A stretch of 64,000 nucleotides of DNA. It comes from Vicugna vicugna (Eukaryota). How positions within the stretch are numbered: position 1 is the stretch's first letter; each line of letters starts with the position of its first letter. The position numbers and the translations under genes are program-made. Shown one piece after another: positions 48,723 to 61,999 of this stretch. Below the pieces are notes generated by a model. It was not told the origin of the DNA, did no database searches, and saw only the letters and a list, made by a program, of their open reading frames with translations. The stretch is from NCBI GenBank assembly GCA_013265495.1, contig MU061547.1, positions 62,001 through 126,000 of the forward strand, read 5' to 3'.

Positions 48723-51700
48723 TTAGAGTATGTTGGAGGTGCTTCTTTGTCTCTCATCTGGACAGCAGTCATCTGTCTGAGAGATCCATGTTCTCCTTGT
48801 GGAATCCTTTCTGGTGAAGACACTCTTTTGCCTAAAAGGGAAAGTGGAGACGGAACTCACACAACTTGAAACGTTTCCTACATTTGCTAGATTATTTCAT
48901 ATTCACATTAGTCCCTCCTGGGTGTTGAAACTTGTTTTTAAAATCTTGTCCTCCCTTAACTTCCATGATATCACTCTTTCTTGAGTCTCTTATGCCTGTC
49001 AAAAAGTTTCTGGGTTTCTTTAGCTGCAGAAATGATCTACTCTTATAATTTCTAAAAATTACTGACCCAGAATGATTTTCTTGACCTCCTTTACCCACAT
49101 GAAACACCATGTTTTGGGAAAAATTGTATTCTTTCCCCTTTAATTTTGATCTAGGTAGTATGAACTCCCACAAACATATCTTAAATATAAGGAAGATGGG
49201 TAAACTCCAATAGGAAGGTTACTACTTGATTCAGAATCATAGCAGGTGTTTGATCAGGCAACTTAGTACAAGTCTCCAAAACTTGGTAGCAGAGGTAATG
49301 GAAATAAATTGAGGAAATCAAGCCTGCACTGGTGCCCACTGTAGTTCTGGGCAGACAGCCTAACTCAGCATAGACTTGGGGGAGGGCCTGGAGAATAGGC
49401 AGGTACTGGCAGCCTGGCTACTTAATTATATGGGCAATTGTGTTGATGGTCATGTAGTCTTCCTACTCATTAGGGTGCCTCCAGACATAAAGTCATATCA
49501 GGTATGGCAGAAACAAAGTCACTGTGGACTCCAAAAAGTAGATAGACAGGCCTGATATTTTCCCACAACCGGAAAAATTACTTATTCTTATGAAATTACA
49601 ATTGCTTCCTTTGAAACATGAAAATAGAATAGTACCTGTAACATAACACGAGGATTTGATCACAGAATATGTTAAAATCTGTTATGCTGGCAATGAAGTT
49701 ATGGTTTATTAGTGATTTTACAATAAAAGATTCCATGAGATTTTATCCTGCAAGTAAACAGCCTTTAACAACCAGGGGTACCCAAGGCAGAAGCACAAAT
49801 AGGATAAAACATCTGCTAGTGTTTGGGTAGGAAAGCCCTTCACCTGCCCTAACACTCTGAACCCCTCAGCAGTGTTTTTGATTCAGGACAGTGGAAGACA
49901 GAGTGGAGAGGAAGCAAGCACATACCTGACATTTAGGGACTAGAACTCTCCCTTGCTCTGCCTTTAACTGGGCCTTCTCCTTTTCCATCTTCTCAAAAAA
50001 TGGTTCTGTATGTTCTTTTCTCTCTCTTACATCATATGTTAATTCTTCTTTTTCATTTCCTCCAACAGTTTGCATCTTCTTCAGCTTCAGACTTTATACA
50101 TTCCACTAAAGAAGAAAAATAAGCAGAGAAATATGAGATTTAAATTGTTATAGCCTTATTTTCCTTTTCACTCTTTGTGTTTTTTTTAATTCAGTTATAG
50201 TCAGTTTACAATGTTCTGTCAATTTCTGTGTACAGCACAATTTTTCTGTCTTACATAAATATACACATATTCATTTTCAGATTCTTTTAAACATGAGTTA
50301 CCACAAGATCTTGAATATATTTCCCTGTGTTATACAGTATACACTTGTTTAACTATTGTATACATGCCTTCCAGTATCTACAAATCTCAAACTCCCAGTC
50401 TATCCCTTCCCACCCCCATCACCCCTGGCAATCACAAGTTTGTGTGCTATGTCTGTGAGTCTGTTTCTGTTTTATATTTAAGCTCATTTGTCTTCTTTTT
50501 TTTTAGATTCCACATGAGTGATATCATATGGTATTTTCCTTTCTCTTTCTGGTTTACTTCACTTGGAATGACATTTCCTGGGGATGTCCATGTTGCTGTA
50601 AATGGCATTATGTTGTCTTTTTTAGGGCTGAATAGTATTCCATTGTATCAATATACTGCTATTTCTTCATCTAGTCATCTCTTGATGGACATTTAGGTTG
50701 TTTCCATGTCTTGGCTATTGTATATATTGTTGCTGTGAACATTGGGGTGCAGGTGTCTTTATGAATTAGGGTTCCTTCTGAATATATGCCCAGGAGTGTG
50801 ATTGCTGGGTCATATGGTAAGTCTATTTTTAGTCTTTTGTTTTCTTATTTCATAGACAACACTTCATGTGGTAATTTTGGCACTGAGTAATCAGAAAACA
50901 GATAAACATAAATACAGTTTAAGAAAGAAATCCACTGAAACTATGAACTTTACCTGCTATACTTTGCACTATGTTTATATTCCAGGTGGATTAACGTGGC
51001 CAACGTGAACATTCCTACAGCTTTCTGACTATTGCAGTGTCTCAGCTGTTCTCACCTTCCATCTCTCTCTCCTTTTTTGTATGTGACTGCTTGGTCTGTA
51101 CAAGTACATCAGTCACACCCTTCTTGGAATTCACATACTTCTTCAGCATCTCTTCTGCCTTGTGATGTGGAAGAAGTTAGAAAAATGAAAGAGAAACCAT
51201 GGGCTGAAATAAAGCCCAGCAATACATCTGTTAATCAATTTAATTTTACCACCCATTTAACAATTCAAATACTGTTTCAAACCAAGCTAGCCAAAAACCC
51301 AACTCTGGATCCCCTCTCAAATCTGTCTCATCCCCAATCACCCCAATTTTAATATTTTAATTAGTAAATTTGGTCTTCTAATTGTATGGGTTAAAAACCT
51401 TAGAGTTATTCTTCATATCTTTTTTTCTTTTCCTCACAAATCCCACATACCATCATCAGCTAATGGTGTTCGCTCTGGCTTCAAAATACAACCGACCAGA
51501 GCCCATCAGTTGTCACCCACTCCTCCCAAACACCCTGGTCCAAGATGACATCACCCCCGGCCTGGACCACAGCATTAGCTCTATGGTTGGTCTCCACACT
51601 TCCTTGCACTCTTGCCACACTGTGATCTGTTTTCCTCACAGCAGCTGGTGTTATATTACTGTAAGAAAGATCACTTCCCTCTGATGCAGAAAAACCTACT

Positions 51701-54700
51701 GATTTTCCATCTTTTTCCAAGGGAAACTGAAACTTCCCTCAGTGGCCTCTAACTTACTACCTTGTTTAGCTTCTGGCCTCTGAACACGTCTCTGGCTCAC
51801 CTCCTGCCACCTCTTTTTTTCTCACTGCCCTCTTGCCACATATTTTGCTATTCCTAGAGCATAAACCAATTTATTCTTCTGGACTTCTCTGTTGTGTGAA
51901 GTTTTCTTCTTCTAGGTGCCCGCTTAGCTCACATGCTGGTTTCTTTGGAGATTCTGCTGAAACGTCACCTCATCAGAGCCACTGTCTCTAGAAACCTGCA
52001 TATGAAATAGCACCACATTTCTTTCCTTTCCTATGCCTGTCCGTTACTTTGGTTTTCTGTATGGCACTTTTTGTCACTATGATAGTGATTTTGAGAGTCA
52101 CCCTAATACTGTTCTCCCCTTTGTTTGTAGTCACAGAACTCTTCCTTTTTTTTCACCAGTGATGTGGACATAAAGGGTGAAACCGCAGTGGCCGTCAGAC
52201 CATGAAGTGACCTTGGGGATGGAGGATGTGTCTATGGTGCTGGAGCAGAACAAGGTAAGGGCCTGGGCAGGGGCTGGCTGTGGAGCTGTCACAGCGGCCT
52301 GGACTTCCTCTGCTTTCCTTCTTGTGTATAAGAGAAAAAGAAACTTTTGTCTTTTTAAGCCACTCTGTTTTCTTTTATGTAGTTCTGAAATAATATGTAC
52401 CCAAACCTAATTCTAACTGATGTAACCTGAGTATACCAGCACAGAAGTATAATTAAGAACACAGAGTCTGCTCTAGGAAGTCCCTTTCCAGCTGTACCAC
52501 TTGTTACCTGTATGCTCTTAGGTGAGTGATTTTACTTCCCTATGTCTCTTTTTTCTTATTTATAAAATGGGGATATTATTAACATACACTTCATAGAGTT
52601 GTCATGGGGATGGAATGAGTTATGCTCATTCATTTCCTAAAACAAAATAAGATCTGTATGTGTTATTTTGTCTGTAAGCTATGATTTGTTCATTGCTGAT
52701 GAAGACTTTGAGACAACTTGTTTTTTCAATTGCCTAACCCCAGAAATTTGACAAGCTCTGGCCCACAGATAGGGCTGGCTGGATACTTGTCGGATGACTG
52801 AGTGACTAAATTATTGAATCTACTCTGCAAACATTTGGGGGGGCTCCATTTGTGCATCCTGGGGTAGCCTCTCCCACTGAATGTCAGTGGTGGGTGAATG
52901 AAAGGCCAAGGCCCTGGGAATTGACCACATTTTGGCTGTTCCTGCTGTAGTCTGACAGAGTCACCTCCAGTAAGTCCCCAGAAATGGTACTCAGGTGGTA
53001 GTTCAACTCTATCTCCTTTCTGGGGACCTGGTAGTACTTATTCTTTAGCTCCTGCTGCTTCTTAATAAAGAGACGATAACCTCTTGGCTTAGAAAGTGTT
53101 CCCTGCTTCACATCTTCATATAAAGAGGCTCCAGAACATCCCGAGTTACAGCCATGCAGTGACCTGAGGGTGCCTTCATGTGCTGCTTACAAAAGTCATC
53201 TCTTTGCTTCTAACCATTCCTGTGAAATTTAAACAACAGCACAGATGGCACAGTAAGCCATGAGGAGGGTGATAACCACACACAGATTACTGGGGAAAGC
53301 TTCTCCTGCAGAGATTGTGGCACATGAACATGGCCACACCCCTCACCTTGCTGGAAGATTCTAGATATCCCTAAAAAATGCATCTACTTCTCTGTGTGAT
53401 GATCTGAAACCTCTTTCCCATTCTTTCCTGGCTTCAGAGAATGATTCTCAAAGCATGGACACCGTTCCAGAAAATTTCTCTTTCCAAGTCCCTAGTGTTA
53501 AGAACACTTAGAATACAAACATCCAGTAAGACAGGCCTGCAGGAGTTCCTGGTTCCACCACTTTGTGACTTTATGACACTCAATCTTTGTGAAATGTGGT
53601 TTCATTGTTGGTAAAACAGAGGCAATGACATCTGTTTCACAAATACCATGTCAGGACCACATGTGGTGGTGTAGAATGTTAAGTTCAGGGACTTTTCCAT
53701 AAGTGCTCATTAAATGATCAATGATTAGTGGTACATTCTTTAAAATGATGATATTTTTGCATGTTTTCTCAATATAAGGTTAATGAATGTAATGGAGGTT
53801 GTACTGCCTGTATTTTCAGTGTTGAGAGAGTCTAAGAGTACAAAATTTTACCGATATTAAACCACTAAAGAGAATTTATATATTAAACATTTTCTTTAGT
53901 CTAGGAAGATGCCCATTGTCCGCTGACCTTGACTATTTAGTTTATCCAGAACCTCTGAATGCAGGAAGCTATGATTTGTAAAATCTTGCCCTGCAAGCCA
54001 GGGAAGAGATTGTCATCTGTCATGTGATTACTTGTCATATGACAATCCTTCAGTTTGGAAGGACTTTGAGTGAGTCCTCAGATAGCATTCTTACGATTGG
54101 TTTCTCTTTCCTGGCTTTCTGAATGTTTTACTGTTGCCTTACATTAAACACAATACATTTTTAGGATTTTCAAATAACTGAATCCTCCCCTATTATTAAC
54201 AGGTGACACATGAAAGCACTGAGTCTTTGACTAACTTTAAATGAAAAATTAAATTAAAATAATTACTTATAAATACCTTTTTGCAGTGTACTTGTTTGCT
54301 TAAAATATGCCATCCACAGAGGTGAAATTTACAGAAGAGGATCTTTGTAAAAATAATAGTCGGTTTTGGTACCATATCTCTTGGACTAAGTCTAAGAGCT
54401 ATTCTATTTTTTTTAGTAAAGATTGCAAATGAGGACACAGGGTGCTGCTGTCTTGGGTCTGGGAGGATGACTCATTAAAAAGTCCTCGATTTTTCTTCCT
54501 CTCATGACCCAGAAGAGCAATTATACCGCTAATTTTTTCCTCCACAACCTTAAAAGTGTTCTTCAGGAAGGCTTTGATGGCCTCATTCTCACAGGCCCCG
54601 TGCAGGTCCAGCAGCTCCTGGAGGGTTACCATGGGCAGCTGCACCTTCTGGTCCATCTGCTGGTCATAGTGGGCAATGGCCTTTTGCACTGTGGCCGAGT

Positions 54701-54796
54701 TCTCAATCTCACACAGGTTCAGGACTGCGTTCTCCATGCAGGGAAGATCCCCAAGGCTGATGGCATTGACATAGGTCAGCACCAGGGCCTCCAGAC
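48723..54796 (-). pseudogene. GBP2: GBP2-like unprocessed pseudogene, exons 7-11
   Basis: Exon 7 54796-54527 (LEALVLTYVNAISLGDLPCMENAV, 11 nt short). Exon 8 53219-53007 (DVKQGTLSKPRGYRLF...ELKNKYYQVPRK, frameshifts, donor lost). Exon 9 51158-51056 (AEEMLKKYVNSK). Exon 10 50105-49926 (deletions, stops). Exon 11 48831-48723 ends SNIL* (human GBP2 ends CNIL*). Confidence 0.88.
50178..50838 (-). mobile_element. 5'-truncated LINE-1 3' end
   Basis: Same 3'UTR type as 5293-5950 and 56880-57500. Confidence 0.9.
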
Positions 54797-55454
54797 CTAT
54801 GAAAAGGAATTTTTTAAAAATAGTAACTATCAGTTGGTGAGAGAGAGGAACAAACTCTATTTTATTTTGTCTTGAGAATGTAAATTTCAGTGTTTTGATA
54901 CAATTGCTAGAGTATTTTGTATGCTTTTCAAGTTTTACAATCAATAGTTCTAAGGATTTTTTGAGAATTATTATAATGGAATGTTTTGTTGAACTCCAGA
55001 TCCAGAGGAATTTGAAATTTGTCTTTCTTCCTCCTTCCCTAACCCAAAATGAAGATGTGGGAATGAATAGATTACAATAAGGATATTTAGGGGATAGGAT
55101 AGTAGGTCTTGATCGCTTCTTAGCTTACTTGTATCTCCCTTTTGTCTGCCTTCCTTCCATTTCCCCCATCACATCTCATCTACTGCAAGGGTCAAGGAGA
55201 CAATTTAGTGCATGCAGGCCTGCATGTGTGTACATGAGGTGCAGGCCACTAACCCTGTGTCTGGCCTAGATAAGTGGGTCTTCTTAGATGTTCTCTCATC
55301 AGAGCTCCATGCAGTGCAGTCAGTTCATCCAGGTTTGCCAGAGACCTGCCAGTTTTAGCCCTGAAAGTCTCACATAGCTGGAAATTCCAGCCTAGGGCAA
55401 ACTGGGGTGGTTGGTCACCTTACAACCAGTGTTTTTGGAAACACTTAGATATCA

Positions 55455-55740
55455 CCTAACACTGGTCAGAGTGGCCATCATCAAAAACTCTAAAAAGAAT
55501 AAATGCTAGAGAGGGTGAGGAGAAAGGGAACCCTCCTACGCTGTTGGTGGGAATGGAATTTGGTGCAGCCACTATGAAGAACAGCCTGGAGGTTCCTTAA
55601 AAAACTAAAAATAGTTTCTATATCATCCAACAATCCTGCTCCTGGACATATATCCTGAAAAGATGAAGAACCTAATTTGAAAAGATAGCAGCACCATTTC
55701 CAATAGCCAAGACATTGTAGCAACCTGAGTGTCCTAAAGG
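55455..55740 (+). mobile_element. LINE-1 ORF2 fragment
   Basis: ggccatcatcaaaaactc...tgctagagagggtg...gagaaagggaaccctcctac. Confidence 0.85.
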
Positions 55741-56879
55741 CTATGCTTTCTCCACAGAAGGGACAAGTAATCACCATTTCTTCACCTTCTTCACCCTATA
55801 CTCAGGCTGTCAGGCACAAGCTCTACAGCAGCATGGCATGGCTGATAGGCATGAGGCTCCCTTCCTCTCCCTATCCCTATACATATGGTAGAAGCTTTAC
55901 CGCAGGTGGCAGACCAAGAACACTGGGCACTGAGGGCCTCTGCACTGACTTAACTCACAGAGTAGAGGTTCCACAGTGGGAGAGGAAAGCCTAGAAGACC
56001 AGGGTTATCTAGCTCTCCAATGGCAGAACACAGGTGCCACTCCAAGAGATGGAGCCCACTGCCCCGTCTTACCATTCCAGAGCAGTGGCTCATAGACTGT
56101 TCCCAGTGGGAGAGGCAGGACTTAAGAACAGTATGCTTTCTCAAAAAGGACAGATTTATTTCGGGCAGAGGATGGGGAAGTTCAGGCCTACGGGTGCTTT
56201 CAAAAACAAAGGGGATTTTGGAGGTAAGCAATTATGATGAAGCCAGTAGCACCACGAGAATAACAAGCTAAGCTACGGGGCAGCTGGAAGCTTAACAGAG
56301 AGAACCTGGGGAGAGACAGCTAAGAAGGACCCTCCCAAGTCAGAACACGCATCTGAGACCAGCCTAGAAGATAAAGGAGCCCAAGTCTGATTAGATCAGC
56401 CTGCAGAAATTTATGTCTGGGAATTGTCAGAAAAATGATAATAGAGCAATTAGCCTGCAACTAGTGGAGGTTAACAGCTGGATGAGATGACAACAGAGGC
56501 AGGCTTAATAGGGAGATCAGGGGGAAAACACTCAGAGAGAGCTGTGTCATTCCAGGGTGACTGTGTGTATGTCCAAGGCTGTTCCCTCTGTTATGTGACA
56601 TCAGAAGCTATACACTGTGGGAGAAATTCAATTCAAAGACAAAGTCCAGCCCATGCAGTAAACAAATAAACAAGCAAATAACACAATTCTGGGATTTGGG
56701 AATCAGTACCCAGAGTTGCTACATTATCTAAAATGTCCAATTTTCAAAAAGATTATGACGTGTTAAAAGAAACAGGAAAGTGTGATCCATACAGAAGGAA
56801 AAGAGCAGAAATTATAAACATACTTGAGGGGGGAGCACCACTGTTGGACTCAATAATGCAATGAAATAAAAAATCAATA

Positions 56880-57500
56880 ATCTTGGGCATATAGCCAGAA
56901 GGCACACTACTTCAAAAAGACACCTGCAGCCCAATGTTCATAGCATCACTGTTTGCAACAGCCAAGACATGGAAACAGCCTAAGTGTCCATCAAAACATG
57001 ACTGGATAAAGAATATGTGGTATATTTACACAGTGGAATACTATTCAGCCATAAAAATGACAACATAATGCCATTTGTAGCAACATGGACGTCCCTGGAA
57101 AATGTCATTCAAAGTGAAGTAAGCTAGAAAGAGAAAGAAAAATACCATATGAAATCAATCATATATGGAATCTAACAAAAAGAAAATAGAACATAAATAC
57201 AAAACAGAAACAGACTCGTAGACATAGAATATAAACTTGTGGTTGCCATGGGGGGAGGCGGGTGGGAAGGGACAGACTGGGAGTTTGAAATTTGTAGACA
57301 CTGACAGGCATATGTAGAACAGGTAAAGAAGATTATACTGTACAGCACAAGGAAATATATACAAGATCTTGTGGTAGCTCACAGTGAAAAAGAATGTGAC
57401 AATGAATATATGTATGTTCATGTATAACTGAAAAATTGGGCTCTACAGTAGAAATTGACACAACATGTAAACTCACTGTAACTCAGTTAAATTAAAAAAA
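56880..57500 (+). mobile_element. 5'-truncated LINE-1 3' end
   Basis: aaagacacctgcagcccaatgttcatagca...gactggataaagaatatgtgg...A-tail at about 57495. Confidence 0.9.
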
Positions 57501-57812
57501 GGTTACTGTATTGTTGGAGCCTGGAGATGCTGTGATTTCTTTTGCTGACTTGTCATCCAGCAGACAGTCAGCAACGTCAGAGGCATAAGGCTTTATTAGC
57601 CTCTGAGCTGTCATTTCTGCTCCCCGAGTCAATGAAATGTGATAACTTCTCCTGTCACATGCTTGAGTGGCTTTTCATTTATACTATGAAAACCTGTAAT
57701 AAACAGAAAATGTTTTTGCCTTTAAAAAAATCAATAAACTTATGAGATGAAGTAAAAGCAATGCATAGAAGGAAATGTATAGCAGCAAACACCTATATTA
57801 AAGGGAAGAAAT

Positions 57813-58172
57813 ATATTACAGACAGAATCGAGTTCCCACAAACTCATATATTGAAGTCCTAACCCCTAATGTGACAGTATTTCAACATGGGGCCTTTGGG
57901 AGATCATTATGTTGAAGTGAGGCCATGAAGGCTTATGATGGGATTAGGGCCCTTATAAAAAGAGACACCAGAGAGATTGCTCTCTGTCTTACTTCTAGCC
58001 ATGTATGAACACAGTGATAAGGAACCATCTGCTAGCTGGGAAGAGTTCGCGCCAGAACCCAACCATGCAGACACCCTGATATTGGACTTCCAGCCTCCAG
58101 AACCATGAGAAAATAAATGTCTGTTGTTAAGCCAGCCAGTCTATGGTAATTCTTTATAGGCTGATTAAGACA
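57813..58172 (+). mobile_element. MLT1-type MaLR LTR
   Basis: ttgaagtcctaacccctaatgtgacagtattt...ggacttccagcctccagaac...ctgattaagaca. Confidence 0.85.
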
Positions 58173-58941
58173 AAAGATCCCAAATTAATAACCTAGTTTT
58201 CCACCTCAAGGAATTGGAAAAAGAAAAGCAAACTAAATCTGAAGCTAACAGAGAAAAATTAATAATAAAGATTGGAGCAGAAAAAAAATAGATCAGAAAC
58301 ACAATAGAGAAAATCAGTAAAACCAAAAGTAGGTTTGAAAAGGAACCAAAATTGACAAATCTTTACATAAACAGACAAAAAAATAAGATTCAAATTACTA
58401 CAGTCATCACTATTGCGTTCCCAGAAGTGAAAGGGATTCTAAGAGAACGCTGTAAACAAGAGCATGTTGATACAGCAGATAAACTAAGTGAAGTGGGTAA
58501 ATTCCTAGAGAGACACAGACCATTAAATCAGACTCAAGAAGAAGCAGCGTTTCTGAATAGAGCTACAGCAAATAAAGAGATTGAATCAGTCATTTTTAAA
58601 CTTTGCACAAAGCAAAGCCCAGTCCCAGATGGCTTCAAAGGTGAATTCTGCCAAATATTTCAAGAATTAATACCAGTTTTTCAAAAATTTTTTTAAAAAT
58701 AGAAAAGGAGGGAACATTCTCAACTCATCCTATGAAGTCAGTACTCCCTTGGTATCAAAACAAATGTTATGAAAAGAAAATAACAGATCAATATCACTTA
58801 TGAAGATAGACACAAAAAGTCTTCAATAAAGTACTAGCAGAATGCATCCAGCAATGTATGAAAAGGATTTTACGCCATGGGGAAGTGCCATTGGTTTCAG
58901 AAACGCAAGGGTAATTTAACATCCCCAAATCAATCACTGTA

Positions 58942-61900
58942 GAGGCGAAGGCCCTGTGGGAGAGCATCGTGCCTTCTGCCGGGAGAGCAGTGTGAGCTTG
59001 GTGGAACACAGCTTCCCCCCGGGCCCCAGTCTGTGGGCTTCCCTGCAAGCGACAGCATCCAGCAGCTTGTGCGACAATGGCTGTGGCCCCACAAGGTCAA
59101 CTGCTCTATGTTCAGGTACCACGGCTCCTCATGGTCCATGTTCCCATCTTTGGCCCTCAGACATCCAGCAGGGACTCCCAGGGAACTGCTGGTTCCTGAG
59201 TGCACTGGCGGTGCTGGCCCAGTGGCCGGACCTGGTCGAGCGGGTGATAGTCATGTGCAGTCTGTGCGCAGAGGACGCCCACCGGGTATGGCTCTGCAAG
59301 GATGGCATGTGGACAATGGTGCTGGTGGACGTGCTGCCTTGCGATGAGGCTGGCTTCCTCCTCCTCTCACAGGCTCAGCACAAGCAGCTGGCCCTCATCC
59401 AGAAGGCACTGGCCAGCCGCATGGCTCCTACTTTGCCCTCCAGGCCAGGCGTGCCATCCAGGGCCTGGCCACACTTACCAGCACCCCCTGTGAGAGCCTG
59501 GCCTTGCAGGTCAGCTCTACAAACCCCCGCAAGGAGCCTGTGGACACTGACCTCATCCAGGCCAAAGTGCTGAATTCTAAGGGGGCCGGGGCTCAATACG
59601 ATGCTGTGTACGAGAGCCTAGGGCTGCAACCCCGCCATGCCTATTCCATCCTGGATGTCCGGGATGTCCGGGGCTACAGGCTCTTGCACCTCCAGAGCCC
59701 GTGGGGCTGCTGCTCCTGGAATGGCAGCTGGTGGGACGAATGGCCATACTGGCTGGGAACCCTGTGGAGCCAGCTGAGGCTACATGGCAGCAGTGAGGGT
59801 GTTTTCTGGATGGAGTACGGCAACTTCATCAGGTACTTCGAATCTGTGGACGTCTGCAAGGTGCACGCGGAACGGCAGGAGGCATGGGTGCAGGGCCACT
59901 TCCCCAGCTCAGCCAGTGGGCCGCGGCATGACGGCCCTCACAGTGCTGGAGCGGGCATTCCTGGAGTTCTCTGTCTTCCAAGAGGGCAGCAGGCACACGG
60001 ACTCGGTGGACAGCCACCTCCTGGACCTGTACGTACTGGTGTTCCGGGCATCCTTCGGCGGTGGGAACCTGAGTCCAGGCGGCCTGCTGGCCCACAGCTA
60101 GCGGGCTGACAAGAAATTTGTCAAGTGCAACATGATGCTGGAGCCTGGCAAATATGCTGTGGTGTGCTGTGCCTTCAACCACTGGGGCCCCACGCCAGGC
60201 CTGCCGGCCACGCAGGTCTCTAACCCTTCAGTCAGTGTCCCAAGGAGCACCCCAGAGCCGCCTGGGCCTGTGCTGGCCGTGTACACTTCCAGGCTCATCA
60301 TGGTGGGGCCCATCGGAGCCCAGCCAATGCCATCACCCTGCTCACAGACAGCAGGGGAGCACGGCACGAGGGACACGAGTGCCTTACCTGATACTGCCTG
60401 ATGCCTGGCTGGGCCGGGATTGTCATGGTGGTGAAGAGCCGGCAACACAAGTCCCACCTGCACGTGCAGAGCGACTTCTCAGACAGCTTCAACGAGGTGT
60501 CCACACGTGGTCACCTGCGCACCCAGGACCGCGTCCTGCCTCTGAACAGGCAGGTCCTGGTGATCCTGTCCCAGCTGGAGAGCCACGTCGGCTTCTCCAT
60601 CACCCACCGCCTGGTGCACTGCAAGGCAGCCAAGGCCTTCCTCAGTGACTGGACGGCCTCTGGGGGCAGCCACAGCCCCCCACTCACATCTGAGGTCACT
60701 CACCTGCTAGGTCCCCGGCCACTGTGACCACCCCATGCCTACCTGCCCCCCACCACTTCATGAGGGAGACCCCAACACAGGACTCTTGAACCACAATCTC
60801 AGGACCCGACGCAGGGAGTGCCAGCTGCAGGTTGCAACTTCCCCTGGGCCTTTCTCCCTGCCACTTCTTCCTGTCTAGGGCCTCCTAGCCACCAAGCAGA
60901 ATGCCTCAAACTGGCCTTTAGCTCGAAGGGGCTATGTGGCAGCCTCCAGGTGCAGCCCACCTTGAGGTGGGGCTCAGACAGGTAGGGCCTCTCACCTGGG
61001 TGAGGCACCCCAGAGTCCATTCACAGAACCAAATGTGGGTGGTTCAAAGGCCAGGACTCCGTGGTGAGAGCAGGGACCACTCCCGCTGTGGGAGTCAGAG
61101 ACCAGGACGCTGGGGTGAGCAGGGACCAGAAGCCAGGACCCCAGGACGAGAACAGGGACCACCCCTTTTGGGAGTCAGAGGCCAGAACCCCAGGGTGAGA
61201 GCAGGGACCACTCCCCTAATGGGGCATGAATTCAGGAGCCTTTTCTCCCCAGTTTGGCCCTGGTACCATCTCCCTACTCAGCCCCCTTGAGGCATGGTGG
61301 AGTCCCCAGAGTCAAGCAGTATGTCCCAGGAAGCAGGTGCCTGGTGACCACTGGGCTCAAGCAAGGGTGGGGAGGGACAGTATACAGTTCCTGGAGCGCC
61401 AGCCAGGACTGAAGCCATGTCCAAGGCTGGGGTTGGGGTGGCAGGTCAGGTGGGCCTGGGCCCGGCTCTGCTGCTGGGTGAGGTACTTTGTCCTCAGCGC
61501 CATCTGACCTCTGCCGAGGGGAGCACCATACAGCACAAATCCTTGGCCAGCCCTGTCCAGGCACACACAGGTGCAGCCCCTCCCAGCCTCTCCCCACCTC
61601 AGAAGCCCAGAATCCTCCCCATGGCTGTGATGCCCTGAGTTCTATGACTGCCCAGGGACGTCTAAGGCCAGCTTCCCCGAGGTCCACCCGGGCCCCCTGC
61701 CCTGCGGCCCCCAGGTAGCAGGTGGCCCTGCCCACAGCCCTCACTTCCCATGGGGCTTGCAGGGGTTGGGTTTACACCTGGAGAAGCACCCAGGAGCAGC
61801 AGATTACCCCTTGGTCCTCCTTTATAGTTTCTCCTTTTACCTGAGATGTGAGTATTTTTAACCCGGTACATATGGCAGCTCTTCTGACGCAGAGACTACT

Positions 61901-61999
61901 TTATCAATTGTCAGTACCATTTCTATAGGGTGACTGCATGGGTGTTCCCAGACTCAGCCTCTGAAGGACCAAATAAAAATGTTTTGTTTTGTAAAAAAA
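58942..61999 (+). pseudogene. CAPN15: CAPN15 (SOLH, calpain-15) processed pseudogene, 5'-truncated
   Basis: Intronless and GC-rich. [53 protein letters not shown], and the C-terminus HSPPLTSEVTHLLGPRPL* (60727). Many frameshifts. 3'UTR, AATAAA at 61972, A-tract at 61993-61999. Confidence 0.93.

Noticed and set aside
42055..54796. One GBP gene joining the exon 2-3 relic with exons 7-11
   Set aside because: On the - strand exons 2-3 lie downstream of exon 11, so they belong to separate loci.
58956..60727. Functional calpain gene
   Set aside because: Homology is spread over all three frames with stops, there are no introns or 5' end, and the catalytic Asn is lost.
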